A stretch of 64,000 nt of DNA from Deltaproteobacteria bacterium (GCA_040218735.1 JAVJQW010000069.1:1-64000), one strand, 5' to 3'; positions 29,388 through 39,737 are shown, counted from the first letter of the stretch. Notes: generated by a model from the letters alone, not told the origin. A program made the numbers and translations.

Positions 29388-32300
29388 ATGAAGGCCCTCG
29401 TAGAACTCTGTCTCCGCCAGCGATACGTCGTCGTTGGTCTGGCACTCCTTTCGGTTGCGCTCGGTGTCGTCGTGACGGGGGGGGCGTCGTTCGATGCGTT
29501 CCCGGAGTTCGCGCCTCCGCGAGTCGAGGTGCAAACGGAGGCGCCTGGACTCTCCAGCGAAGAAGTCGAAGCTCTCGTGACGACGCCGCTCGAAGGGGTC
29601 CTCGCGGGCACGCCTTCGACGCAGGAGCTTCGGTCGAAATCCGTTCTCGGTTTGTCTTCGGTGGTCCTCGTGTTCGAACCCGGTACGGATCTGCTCGAGG
29701 CTCGCGCCCTCGTGGCAGAGCGGGTCGCCCGCGCTCCACTTCCGGTCGTCGCACGCCCGCCTGTCGTGCTGTCCCCACTGTCTTCGACCTCTCGCGTTCT
29801 GAAAATCGGTGTGTGGTCTGCCGAGCACACGCAGATGGAGCTGAGCGACTTGATTCGATGGGTGGTTCGCCCCCGACTCATGAGTGTACCCGGTGTCGCC
29901 AACGTCGCGATCTGGGGTGAGCGAACCCGTCAGCTTCAGGTACTCGTCGATCCGGAGCGACTCCAGGCGAGCGCCACAACGCTGGATGCGTTGCTCGCGG
30001 TTAGCCGTGAAGCCGTTACGCCACGCTCGGGTGGGTTCGTGGACACGACGAACCAACGTCTCGCGGTGCAGTACGCACCTGTAGTTCGCAACACCGATGA
30101 ATTGGCGGCCGTACCGGTGCGTGAAGGTCTCGCTGTCGGTGATGTCGCCGAGGTCGTCGAGGGTCATCCTCCCGCCATCGGCGAGGCACTCGTTACGCGA
30201 GGTGTGGGCTTGCTCTTGATCGCGGAGAAGCAGCCCGGGGCGAACACGCTCGAGGTTACGCGCGGGCTAGAGGCTGCGCTCGAAGAACTTGCCCCCGGCC
30301 TTCCCGGGATCGAGCTGGACACGACGATCTTTCGGCCAGCGGGCTTCATCGAGCGCGCGCTGGCGAACCTTGCCGAAGCAATGCTCATCGGCACGAGCTT
30401 GGTCATCCTCATCCTCATCCTGTTTCTTTGGGATTGGCGCACCGCAGTCATCAGCGTCGTCGCGATTCCTCTTTCACTCTTGGCGGCATCGACGATCCTG
30501 ACGCTCCTCGGCCGCACGCTCGACACGATGGTTATCGCGGGCCTCATCATTGCGCTCGGCGAGGTGGTGGATGACGCAATCATCGACGTCGAGAACATCC
30601 ATCGAAGACTCCGCGAGTGTTCAGATCGTAGTCCGTCCGAGACGCTGAAGATCGTCCTGTCCGCCTCGCTGGAGGTCCGTAGCGCCGTGGTCTACGCGAC
30701 GATGATCGTCGTCCTCGTGTTCGCGCCGGTCCTCGTTCTTCCCGGCGTCGCGGGCGAGTTCTTCGTGCCGCTGGCGCTTGGGTATGGGCTCGCTGTCTTC
30801 GCCTCGATGCTCGTCGCCCTGACGTTGACGCCGACGCTGGCCTTGTTGCTGCTGCCGAACCACATCCAGGGCGATCGTGAGCCTATTCTGGCTCGGCGGC
30901 TCCGCGCGCAGTACCGAAGGCTCCTCGCGTCGGTGCTCAGGCGCCCCAAGCGCGTCCTCGCGTCCAGCGCAACCGTCGTCGTGATGTCGATGGTAGGGCT
31001 CGCGGCCCTCGATCAGGCATTCCTGCCGGACTTCGCCGAGAACGACTTCCTGATGCACTGGATTGGCAAACCGGGAACATCGTTGGAGGCGATGGCTCGA
31101 TCCGCTGACCTTGCGCGAGAGGAGTTACTAGCTATCCCCGGAGTTCGAAACTACGGCGCCCACATCGGGCGTGCGGAGGTCGCCGATGAGGTCGTCGGGC
31201 CGAACTTCGGCGAGCTTTGGGTGAGCGTCGACCCGAACGCCGATCTCGAAGCCACGCTGAGTCAGGTTCAGGCCGTGGTTGACGGCTACCCGGGAATCTA
31301 CCGCGATGTGCAGACCTACCTACAGGAGCGCATGCGAGAAGTTCTCAGCGGCGGCTCGGGGGCGATCGTCGTGCGGGTGTTTGGGCCCGGGCTCGAGGAG
31401 CTGAGAAGACGAGGCCGTGCCCTTGCGAGTGAACTCGAGGCGCTCGATGGCGTGCGGCACGCGAGCCCGGAAGCCCAGGTCGACGTGCCGCAGATCGTCA
31501 TGTCGATGCGGCTCGATCGCTGTGCAGCGTTGGCGGTCGATCCCGGTACGGTTCGGCGACAGGCTTCCGTGCTTCTGCAGGGCGAACGGGTTGGTACGAT
31601 CGTTCGTGGCCAACAACCCATCGATGTCGTCGTCTGGGGTGTGCAGAAAGCGAGGCGTGATGTGGAGGCACTCCGAGCTTTGATGCTCGATGCCGGGAGT
31701 AATCGGATTGTGCGGCTCGAGGACGTCGCCGACGTTCGTGTCGGTCCGGTGCCGAATACGATCGCACATCACGGCGGATCGCGGAAACTGGATGTCACCA
31801 TCGAGCTAGAGCCTGGCGCGGACCTCGGGGCGCTTGCGCGCTCGGTCGAGGACCTCGTTCGAGCCCACCCCTTCGAGGCCGGCTACCACGCGGAGACACT
31901 GGGAGAGCACGTCGCCCGACAAGATGCTCAACGCACGCTCCTCGCGGCGGGGGCGTTGGCCCTCATCGGCGTGTTCCTCATTCTGCTCGCCGACTTTTCG
32001 AGTTTTCGCATGGCTGCACTCGTGATGCTGAGTTTGCCGTTGGCTCTGGTCGGTGCCGTCATCGCGATCGTTCTCACTGGCGGGGTCGTCTCGCTCGGCA
32101 CGCTCGTCGGACTGGTTACGGTTATGGGGATCGCATCACGCAACGGGATCCTTCTCATCGCGCACTACCGTCACCTCGAAGAGGTCGAGAAGATGCCGTT
32201 TGGGCTTGAGCTTCTTCTCCGTGGAGCGAGTGAACGGCTGGCGCCGATCGTCATGACGGCGCTGTCGACGGGTCTTGCACTGGTACCACTCGCGGTCGCC

Positions 32301-32456
32301 GGTCACACCGCGGGTCACGAGATCGAGCACCCAATGGCAATCGTGATCCTCGGAGGCCTCGTGAGCTCGACGCTCCTAAATCTGTTCGCGATGCCGGTCG
32401 TCGTCTTCTTCAGCCGGAGGCCCCAACTCCGGTCCGAGGTCGGAGCAACGCCGTGA
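29388..32456 (+). CDS. Heavy-metal RND permease (CzcA/CusA family)
   Basis: DAFPEFAPPRVEVQTEAPG, GEVVDDAIIDVENI, ERLAPIVMTAL; 1022 aa. Confidence 0.95.
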   Translation: MKALVELCLRQRYVVVGLALLSVALGVVVTGGASFDAFPEFAPPRVEVQTEAPGLSSEEVEALVTTPLEGVLAGTPSTQELRSKSVLGLSSVVLVFEPGTDLLEARALVAERVARAPLPVVARPPVVLSPLSSTSRVLKIGVWSAEHTQMELSDLIRWVVRPRLMSVPGVANVAIWGERTRQLQVLVDPERLQASATTLDALLAVSREAVTPRSGGFVDTTNQRLAVQYAPVVRNTDELAAVPVREGLAVGDVAEVVEGHPPAIGEALVTRGVGLLLIAEKQPGANTLEVTRGLEAALEELAPGLPGIELDTTIFRPAGFIERALANLAEAMLIGTSLVILILILFLWDWRTAVISVVAIPLSLLAASTILTLLGRTLDTMVIAGLIIALGEVVDDAIIDVENIHRRLRECSDRSPSETLKIVLSASLEVRSAVVYATMIVVLVFAPVLVLPGVAGEFFVPLALGYGLAVFASMLVALTLTPTLALLLLPNHIQGDREPILARRLRAQYRRLLASVLRRPKRVLASSATVVVMSMVGLAALDQAFLPDFAENDFLMHWIGKPGTSLEAMARSADLAREELLAIPGVRNYGAHIGRAEVADEVVGPNFGELWVSVDPNADLEATLSQVQAVVDGYPGIYRDVQTYLQERMREVLSGGSGAIVVRVFGPGLEELRRRGRALASELEALDGVRHASPEAQVDVPQIVMSMRLDRCAALAVDPGTVRRQASVLLQGERVGTIVRGQQPIDVVVWGVQKARRDVEALRALMLDAGSNRIVRLEDVADVRVGPVPNTIAHHGGSRKLDVTIELEPGADLGALARSVEDLVRAHPFEAGYHAETLGEHVARQDAQRTLLAAGALALIGVFLILLADFSSFRMAALVMLSLPLALVGAVIAIVLTGGVVSLGTLVGLVTVMGIASRNGILLIAHYRHLEEVEKMPFGLELLLRGASERLAPIVMTALSTGLALVPLAVAGHTAGHEIEHPMAIVILGGLVSSTLLNLFAMPVVVFFSRRPQLRSEVGATP

Positions 32457-33640
32457 ATCGGACCGGTTGGCTCTGCGTGCTCGCGGCAAGTTCTTGTGCT
32501 GCGAATCCGCGCGGGCCAATGCCCGAACCGCGCCTGACCTCTTCTTCGAGACCTCGACTCGCGCTGTCGAAGTCGGAGTTCGACGAGCTCCCGGAGGACC
32601 TTCGCATCGATCTGAAGGCGAAGCTGCACCACTACTACCGGTACGTCGCGCGGCGGTTCGCCGCGCTTGCGTGTGAGCTCGGCGTGCACGGCCCCGTTGT
32701 AAATCTCCACGGAGATGCCCACATCGAGCAGTATCTGGTCACGAGTCTCGGGCGCGGACTGGGAGACTTCGATGAGGCAACGACCGGACCCGTGGACGTC
32801 GATCTGCTCCGCCTCGCAGTGTCTATTCGACTCGTCGCGGCCGAGAGAGGGTGGAACGCAGACCGCTTGTGGTCTCACTTCCGTGCTGGCTACGTGCGTG
32901 CGCTGATGACGCCGGACTGGCGATGCGCCACGCCGCGATTTGCGGTGCGCGCGGCGGCGTCCTTCAGAAGGGACCACGGTGCTCTGCTCGACTGGAGCAT
33001 GTCCCTGATGCAGCCTGTCTCGGAGGCCGTAGCGCTCGAAATCAAGCGGGCGATAGCGGCCTTCGCAGAGCAGCAGATTGACGGCGGAGCCCAGCTGGGC
33101 GCCTCCGCGTTCGAAGTTGTTAAGGTCGGGCGACATGACCTCGGCGTGGCGAGTCGCGCGTCCGTGAACTACCTACTGAGAACGCGAGGGCAGAAACGTC
33201 GGGACCCGTCGGATGATATGATATTCGAGGCCAAGGCTGCGACGTCCAATCCTGCGGCTTGGTGCTTGCCGCTTTCGGGGGAGCCAGACGCCGAGCGAAT
33301 TCTCGTTGGAGAAAAACGACTCGCGTATACGACGTTCCGGTACATGGGTCAGATCGAAGTCGAGGGTCGCTCATATTGGCTTCATGAGTGGGTCGACGAC
33401 TACCATGAGTTGAGCGCGGAGGATCCGACTCTCGACGAGGCACTGATGCGCGAGGTCGTGACGGACATCGGGGCGCAGCTTGGTCTCGGCCACCCGAGGT
33501 TGGCTGAGACCCCTGCTCGAGACGAACTCAGGCTAGCGCTTCTCCGCTTCTTGGGTGCCGAGCAACAAGCGCTCTGGACGCAGGCGCAACGACTTGACGA
33601 GGAAGTGCGCCGGAGCTGGGGAGAGATCCAGTCGTGGTAG
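32453..33640 (+). CDS. DUF2252-like kinase-fold protein with lipobox
   Basis: LHGDAHIEQY, DFDEA, DLLRLAVS, GVASR, EAKAA; lipobox ASSC. Confidence 0.6.
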   Translation: MNRTGWLCVLAASSCAANPRGPMPEPRLTSSSRPRLALSKSEFDELPEDLRIDLKAKLHHYYRYVARRFAALACELGVHGPVVNLHGDAHIEQYLVTSLGRGLGDFDEATTGPVDVDLLRLAVSIRLVAAERGWNADRLWSHFRAGYVRALMTPDWRCATPRFAVRAAASFRRDHGALLDWSMSLMQPVSEAVALEIKRAIAAFAEQQIDGGAQLGASAFEVVKVGRHDLGVASRASVNYLLRTRGQKRRDPSDDMIFEAKAATSNPAAWCLPLSGEPDAERILVGEKRLAYTTFRYMGQIEVEGRSYWLHEWVDDYHELSAEDPTLDEALMREVVTDIGAQLGLGHPRLAETPARDELRLALLRFLGAEQQALWTQAQRLDEEVRRSWGEIQSW

Positions 33641-33789
33641 GCCATCCGGTCGAGATCGACCAAAGCCAATGTGCGCATCGAAGGACGTCTCACGTTGGGG
33701 GGCAAGTGCACGTCGAGCCCAGACGCCTCTTCGAGGTTTCGAGCAAGCGCGGTCGGTTCGAACGAAGCTGTGCGAAGGAGAGTCAAGTC

Positions 33790-34629
33790 GTGAGAGTAAT
33801 GCTCCTAGCCTCATTGTGCGTGGTCGCATGGGCCTTCCCCGCAGCCGCCGTTGCGGATGTGAGTACAGCTACCGTTGGGCAACATCTGACACGGATTTCG
33901 GTCGACCCTGTCGCCGATACCGCGTTTGTAGCGACGACGGCAGGCTTCGCGCTTCTGAGTGAATTGATCGTTCGTACGGGGGAGCTTCGTCCGCAGGCGC
34001 CCGTCGATCCGAGCAATCTCTTGGGTGTCGATCGCGGGATCGCCGACGCAGAGGAGGTCGAGACCAGCGGACGCGTTCTGAGCGACATCACGCTCGGACT
34101 TGCCGCAGCCTACGCTCTCTTCGACGCGAGCCGCGCCGCCTACCAGGGCGACGATGCGTGGTGGGGAACGAGCTTCGTGCTCTACACGGAGACCGTTGCG
34201 CTGAACCTGGCGCTGACGAACATCGCGAAGATCGCGTTTCGTCGACCGCGCCCGATCGCATATTTCGAGCTGCGTGAGACCGGCGCGGTGAGCGACGATA
34301 CGAACTCGGCCCTTTCATTCTACTCGGGGCATACTGCGACAACCGCAGGCCTTGCCGCGACGGCGTCATACTTGGCATTCGCACGACACGGGAGCAGTTG
34401 GAAGTCGTGGGTAACGCTGGCGCTCGGGACGTTGTTTACCACATACGTCGCGGTACAGCGCGTTCGCGCACGCGCCCACTTCCCGACCGACGTCATTGCT
34501 GGCGCGCTGGTGGGCGGGGGCGTCGGTGTGCTAATTCCGCATCTTCACGTGAGCAGGAAGACACCTCTTCGTTTCGGACCGTCAATTGCGGGTGGAGCGC
34601 CAGGGCTCACATTGACCGGTCGGTTCTAA
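33790..34629 (+). CDS. PAP2-family phosphatase
   Basis: KIAFRRPRP, SFYSGHT, QRVRARAHFPTDV; start GTG 33790 or ATG 33799. Confidence 0.9.
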   Translation: MRVMLLASLCVVAWAFPAAAVADVSTATVGQHLTRISVDPVADTAFVATTAGFALLSELIVRTGELRPQAPVDPSNLLGVDRGIADAEEVETSGRVLSDITLGLAAAYALFDASRAAYQGDDAWWGTSFVLYTETVALNLALTNIAKIAFRRPRPIAYFELRETGAVSDDTNSALSFYSGHTATTAGLAATASYLAFARHGSSWKSWVTLALGTLFTTYVAVQRVRARAHFPTDVIAGALVGGGVGVLIPHLHVSRKTPLRFGPSIAGGAPGLTLTGRF

Positions 34630-34635
34630 CCGAAC

Positions 34636-34760
34636 CTAGTGTGCCGCCTGAATAGTTCGATCATGAACTCGCGTTCCTCCGCGCTCGCTTGATGGCGGCA
34701 ATGATGGAGTCGGTGCCTCGCGTCCACTCGAACGGCGACGCGTAGTTCCTGTTGTGGGGC
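34636..34760 (-). mobile_element. IS630-like remnant: transposase C-terminus and right end
   Basis: Minus-strand NRNYASPFEWTRGTDSIIAAIKR* followed by an end at CTAG; end sequence repeated at 52965. Confidence 0.55.
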
Positions 34761-35216
34761 GACGTGGTCGCGAATCGCCTCTTGAGGGCGGGGGCGCACC
34801 GGACTCGCCGAGCAGCTCGTCCATTCTGGCCCGCACGGATAGTGTACTTGCTCCCCTCAGCACCTCCATGGCAGAACAGGTGGGGCATTCCCCGTCGCTC
34901 CGCCGGGCGGAGGGGTGGGTCAGTTTTGGAGCGGCGGGATCACGGGGTGCGCGCAGCCTCCGCGGCGTGGCGTCGTCGTATCCGATGCGCCTGGCAGCGC
35001 GCGGGCGCGCGTTCTTTTGGTGGGGCTGCGACGGAGCTTGCGGGACGCGGCTCAGCGCAAGGCAATGACCGTTTCAGTTTCCGAAGCGCTTCAACGCGCT
35101 CTGAAGACGATGAAGGCGCCCTCGAACGCTGGGGTTCGTGGCCGATTGCAGATAGAAGGGACGTACGAAGGTCGACCGCGCTGATCCAGGGTTACTGTTC
35201 GGTCGTACAACGGTAG

Positions 35217-35834
35217 ATGTCGAGGAGCTACCCCACAACAGAACGACCACGCCCCCGAGACTGTAGTTGTGGAGATTGGCGGTGGAGCGCGCGGGTCTCC
35301 TTGAGGTCAGGCGCAACGCTTTTGCGGATACTCGTCCTGGGAGTGATCTTCGCGGTCGTCAACCCGTCGGGCGCGTTCGCGCACGGGGGTCACGGTGACG
35401 GTGCAAGGAGGGTTCGGGCGATCATGGGAGACACCGCCTATTTCGCGCCCGTCGCTGGACTCGAGGCGGCCGATGCCTTGCGCGGACGCGGTGTCTATCG
35501 AGCGAGGTGCATGGGCTGTCACGGTGCAGACGGTCGCGGCGGTGGATTGGAGGCGGCGAGCCTTGACCCACGACCCTCCGATCTTGCAAGTGCCGAGGAA
35601 ATCAGTTCCTACTCGGATGCTGGCCGCGTGTATGTCATCGAGAACGGCTTGCCGAGCACAGCCATGCCCGGGTTTTCGGAGGTGTTGACCCGTCGGGAGG
35701 TCGTCGATGTGTACGCTTACGTTCTGGAAATGCGAGGTGGATGCTCGTGTTCGGGGGCTGGTACACGCGGGTCGACGTTGGTTGGGGTCCCGATCCTTGT
35801 CTTGCTTGGGTGGTCGACGAGATGGCGACGTTGA
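35217..35834 (+). CDS. Monoheme cytochrome c with MYXO-CTERM-like anchor
   Basis: CMGCH, GLPSTAMPGF, C-terminal GGCSCS + TM + RWRR; signal ends AFA|HGGH; true start probably downstream. Confidence 0.8.
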   Translation: MSRSYPTTERPRPRDCSCGDWRWSARVSLRSGATLLRILVLGVIFAVVNPSGAFAHGGHGDGARRVRAIMGDTAYFAPVAGLEAADALRGRGVYRARCMGCHGADGRGGGLEAASLDPRPSDLASAEEISSYSDAGRVYVIENGLPSTAMPGFSEVLTRREVVDVYAYVLEMRGGCSCSGAGTRGSTLVGVPILVLLGWSTRWRR

Positions 35835-35851
35835 GCTAAACCACTCAACCA

Positions 35852-36187
35852 ATGGCTTTGGCGACTTTCGTCCGAATTCTCTTCGTCGCAACGATTGCGT
35901 TCGGCGCCTGCAGGTCCGCTCCCGTGCAACATGGTCAAGCCCACGAAGACGACCACTATCACCGTCCGGCGACGCAACCCGCAAGTCAGCCGGCGGTCTC
36001 GGTGCCTAGTGTTTTCGATGGGCCGCCAGAGAATGGCACGAGGGCTCGATGCCCGGTCAGCGGCGACGTCTTCGTTGTCGACGCGAAGACGGTGCGTGCC
36101 GAGCATAATGGCAAGTATGTAGCGCTGTGTTGTGCGGGGTGCGTCGATGAATTCGAAGCGAACCCGGCGAAATACCTTTCCAAGTGA
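35852..36187 (+). CDS. YHS/TRASH-like metal-binding lipoprotein
   Basis: Lipobox FGAC; His-rich linker; CPVSG...YVALCCAGCVDEFEANPAKY. Confidence 0.78.
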   Translation: MALATFVRILFVATIAFGACRSAPVQHGQAHEDDHYHRPATQPASQPAVSVPSVFDGPPENGTRARCPVSGDVFVVDAKTVRAEHNGKYVALCCAGCVDEFEANPAKYLSK

Positions 36188-36400
36188 AATTTCGTCAGCG
36201 CCGCATCGGCAATCTCGCGACGACCGGGCTCACGCGCGTTGCCCAAAGAGTCGAGGAGGACAAGGCCGACCACGGATGCGCGGCGCGCAGTGCTCGCCGC
36301 GGCGTGGGTGCGGTGGACGGCGATGTCGTCCGCAACTGCCATAGGGGCGGGGTAGGGGTGGTGCTTGCGCAGCACGGCAATATGGGGGTGTTGTAGAGCG

Positions 36401-37159
36401 ATGAGACTCTATACATATGGTATGATAGCGGTGGCAGCGGTTGTTCCGACAACGGCGGGCGCGCACCTTGAGGTCACATCGCCGTCGAGTCGTTATGGCG
36501 GTCAGGTTCTAAAGGAAGGCCCGTGTGGCCAGCGGAACGGTGCTCGCAGCCAGAACGTTGCTACGTTCCGCGCTGGTGAGACGATAACGGTCGAGTGGAA
36601 CGAGTACATCGATCACCCCGGGCACTACCGCATCGCGTTCGATGACGACGGCGACGACGACTTCGTCGATCCACCTTGCGTGTCCGGATGCAACACACGA
36701 AGCCCAGTCGTCGAGTTCTACAGCAACGGCACGGTTCTCCTAGATGACATTGCCGATCGCAACGGTGGCGACTATTCCGTCGACGTCACGCTTCCGGATG
36801 TGGAGTGTTCCAACTGCACGCTCCAAATTATCCAGGTAATGTACGACAAACCCCCGTACACGATCCCAGGAAACGAGATGTACTACCAGTGCATCGACCT
36901 CGTGCTGACTCGAGCGCCTGCGCGGGACGGCGGAGCGTTGGACTCGGGCGTTGCGCTCGATGCCGGGGGCGGCGTGGGGGACGCGGACGGGGGGGAGGGC
37001 CTCAGCGCTGGTGCGGGCGGCGACGAAGCTTCCGACGGCTGCGCCTGTGTTCGCATGGGAGAGGCACAATTAAGCGTGATGCTGGTCGCGCTTGCGCTCG
37101 GGCTGCCGTGGTTCCTTCGTCGTCGACGTCAGGATGGCGTTCGGAGTCCGAGTAGTTGA
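36401..37159 (+). CDS. SCE4755-like His-brace (LPMO-like) copper protein with MYXO-CTERM anchor
   Basis: Signal AGA|HLEVTSP, LKEGPCG, WNEYIDHPGHYRIAF, LPDVECSNCTLQIIQ, YYQCIDL; GCAC + TM + RRRR tail. Confidence 0.8.
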   Translation: MRLYTYGMIAVAAVVPTTAGAHLEVTSPSSRYGGQVLKEGPCGQRNGARSQNVATFRAGETITVEWNEYIDHPGHYRIAFDDDGDDDFVDPPCVSGCNTRSPVVEFYSNGTVLLDDIADRNGGDYSVDVTLPDVECSNCTLQIIQVMYDKPPYTIPGNEMYYQCIDLVLTRAPARDGGALDSGVALDAGGGVGDADGGEGLSAGAGGDEASDGCACVRMGEAQLSVMLVALALGLPWFLRRRRQDGVRSPSS

Positions 37160-37646
37160 AGAACTTTCGCGAGGACAGCGTTGTTGCCCAGCTCCTGATT
37201 CGATGCGAACGCATCGTTCACTCCGTTCTGCGTTCCCGTGGGATCCTGCTTGAGTAGGTTTCTCAGCGCATCCAGCGTGGAGCGTGCTCCTTCGCGATTC
37301 GACGGAGAGCAGGGGCAGCTTTCGCAGGCCTGACAGGCGCCCGTGCGACAACATCCGGTTTGTCTGGAGATCGACGCGGTATTCGTGTTGCTCGTAATTT
37401 GATTGAGATTCGGCACAACGCCTTGCAGTCGCAACGTCCGTGCCTAGAAGTTTGGGTGAACGCAGCGCGATGCGCCGCACATGACGGTGGGGCATGTGCA
37501 CCAGCAGAGAGGCGCTATCGCGGCAGCCCGGGCGGGCCCGACTGGTGTTCCTCAGGTGTATTCGGAGTATAGCCGAGTGTTGCGAGGTCCGGTCGACGGC
37601 GGCTAACCGTTGACGAGAAGGGCCTCCGCCGAGTTGTCTGCGATCC

Positions 37647-39077
37647 ATGTCGAACCTGTACTGCGCGATGGCGTTGAGCCTGGTGCTCTCGGCCTGCGGC
37701 GCACCCGCTCCGATATCCCCGGTCGGTACCGCGCCCCCCCCAACCAACGAGCCGGAGCCGGAGCCCGAGCCCACCGCAAACTGGGTTCCACCGGAGTTGT
37801 GGGGCGCATCAACCCTCGAGGATCTCGACGACGATCCCAATGTCGTCGAGGTGCGGCTGACCGCGGCGCCGATTTGGATTGATCTGACGGACGAGATTGG
37901 CTTCGAAGGCTACGGATACAACGGTCGCTGGCCTGGTCCGACCCTCCAGGCCAAAGTCGGCGACGAGGTTGTCGTCCATTTCGAGAATCAGTTGCCGGAA
38001 CCAACGACCGTTCATTGGCACGGGCTTCGGATTCCTGACGCGATGGACGGGAGCCCGCGTATCCAGGCCCCGGTGCAGCCGGGCGAAACGTACACGTACC
38101 GGTTCGTGGTCCCAGAGGCCGGCACGTTCTGGTATCACCCTCACGTTCGCAGCAACGAACAGATCGAGAAGGGTCTGTATGGCACGTTCGTGGTGCGCGA
38201 GCCTGATCATCCCAAACTCGACGCGGAGCGCGTGTTCGTGCTCGACGACATCCTCGCCAACGGTTCGGGGCTCCCACCCTTCCTCGCCTCGCATCCAGAG
38301 CAGGTTCACGGCCGGAGCGGAAACGTCCTCCTCGTGAACGGACGTGTAGCCCCGCCGAGGTTCAACGTTGAAAAGAACCGGGTCGAGCTGTGGCGCATCG
38401 TGAACACCGCCAACGCACGGACCATGATGCTCACGCTCGAAGGAGCGACGTTCGCCGTAATCGGAACTGACGGGGGGCGGCTGCAGGAGCCATACTATCC
38501 GGACCGCATTGAACTGCCGGTTGGGCAGCGGTACGACCTTCTGGTCGTCTACGACCGCCCGGGGCCCGTGCGTCTGTTGAGCCACGTCTTCGTGGTCGAC
38601 GAAAACGAAGAGGTCGTGCGGCGCCCGTACGAGCTTGCGGTGGTCGAGGTCGCCGAGAGCGACTACGTCGGCGGGCCGATTCGATGGCCCGCCGTGACGC
38701 CTCGGTCGGCGCGCTCCGTAGATCGCGAGGTTGTCGTCGAACTGAGCGGCGCCAACACGCCTAACGGGATCGAGTGGACAATCAATGGTCGGCGCTTCCC
38801 CGAGGAGCCGATCTTCACGTTCAACGAGAATGAGACCGTCCACCTGACGATCACGAACCTCGCCGGTCCGGAGCACCCGTTCCACCTGCACGGGCAGTTC
38901 TTCGAGGTGCTCGACGAGGCGCAACCCGGGCTCAAGGACACCGTCCTCGTCCCGGGGCTCGAGACGGTGGAGATTGTGGCGTACTTCGACAACCCCGGGC
39001 GTTGGATGGCGCACTGCCACATCCTCGAGCATGCAGAACTCGGGATGATGTCAGAAATCGTCGTCGAGCCGCGTTAG
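37647..39077 (+). CDS. Multicopper oxidase lipoprotein
   Basis: HWHG, WYHPH, HPFHLHG, HCHILEHAELGM; lipobox LSAC. Confidence 0.95.
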   Translation: MSNLYCAMALSLVLSACGAPAPISPVGTAPPPTNEPEPEPEPTANWVPPELWGASTLEDLDDDPNVVEVRLTAAPIWIDLTDEIGFEGYGYNGRWPGPTLQAKVGDEVVVHFENQLPEPTTVHWHGLRIPDAMDGSPRIQAPVQPGETYTYRFVVPEAGTFWYHPHVRSNEQIEKGLYGTFVVREPDHPKLDAERVFVLDDILANGSGLPPFLASHPEQVHGRSGNVLLVNGRVAPPRFNVEKNRVELWRIVNTANARTMMLTLEGATFAVIGTDGGRLQEPYYPDRIELPVGQRYDLLVVYDRPGPVRLLSHVFVVDENEEVVRRPYELAVVEVAESDYVGGPIRWPAVTPRSARSVDREVVVELSGANTPNGIEWTINGRRFPEEPIFTFNENETVHLTITNLAGPEHPFHLHGQFFEVLDEAQPGLKDTVLVPGLETVEIVAYFDNPGRWMAHCHILEHAELGMMSEIVVEPR

Positions 39078-39089
39078 CGAAAGCGCACC

Positions 39090-39737
39090 CTATTTGAGCA
39101 GTTGGTCGACGAAGTCTGCGAAGGTGGAGTCATCACCGGTACGCCGGTGGAAGATTCGCGCTCCTCGCTCGAGGATGATGTGTTGATGTGTCCCGCCCAG
39201 CCCTGCAGCATCCAAGGCTCTGTCCGGGTCGTAGACGACGTTGGTCAGTCCGGTTTCAGCCTGCATCTGCCGACAGAAGTCCTGCGTTGGCGAACCGGCT
39301 GCTGCATCTTGCCAGAGAACGAGCCTGTAATCGAAGTCTTCGCCTTGCCATCGGTTGTAGATTGAGTTCGCCCCCCGGGCGAACGAACGACAGCTCCCTC
39401 ACCAACCCGCCATGATGAACAGGTGGGCAGCTCTCCTTTCGCAGAGGTCGTGAAGTTCCACGGGGCGGTCGTCACAATCCAGCAGGATTACGTTCTCGAT
39501 GACGTCGCCTTCTAGGGAGCCCGTTGGGCCTGGCCAAGGACACGGACCGGCATCCATAAGTCCCGCGTCGCGGGGGCTCCCCGCGTCTCGCCCCGTTCCG
39601 CCGTCGATGAGCGATATCGCGTCGCCGCCATCGCGTGCACGCTCGTGCGCGGCGCCCGAGCCGCCGCAGGCGGCAAGAAAGAGGAGGGCTGGCGCAAGCG
39701 CGGATGCGGAGTGGGGGGTCACGTTGAAGCGAAACAT
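39090..39737 (-). CDS. Thioredoxin-fold redoxin lipoprotein, predicted selenoprotein (W-U-G-S-C)
   Basis: In-frame TGA at 39399-39401 in AGW*GSC; frame stays open for 102 more codons to TAG at 39090; SECIS-like hairpin directly downstream; lipobox LAAC. Confidence 0.8.
39366..39384 (-). promoter_or_regulatory. Bacterial SECIS-like hairpin
   Basis: GUUCGCCC-GGG-GGGCGAAC starting 14 nt after UGA; G-rich apical loop. Confidence 0.65.

Noticed and set aside
37129-37434. Small Cys-rich minus-strand ORF (CCRTGACQACESCPC), possible metallothionein-like peptide
   Set aside because: TTG start with no clear RBS, opposite strand to neighbours, overlaps the preceding gene's end; may be a fragment.
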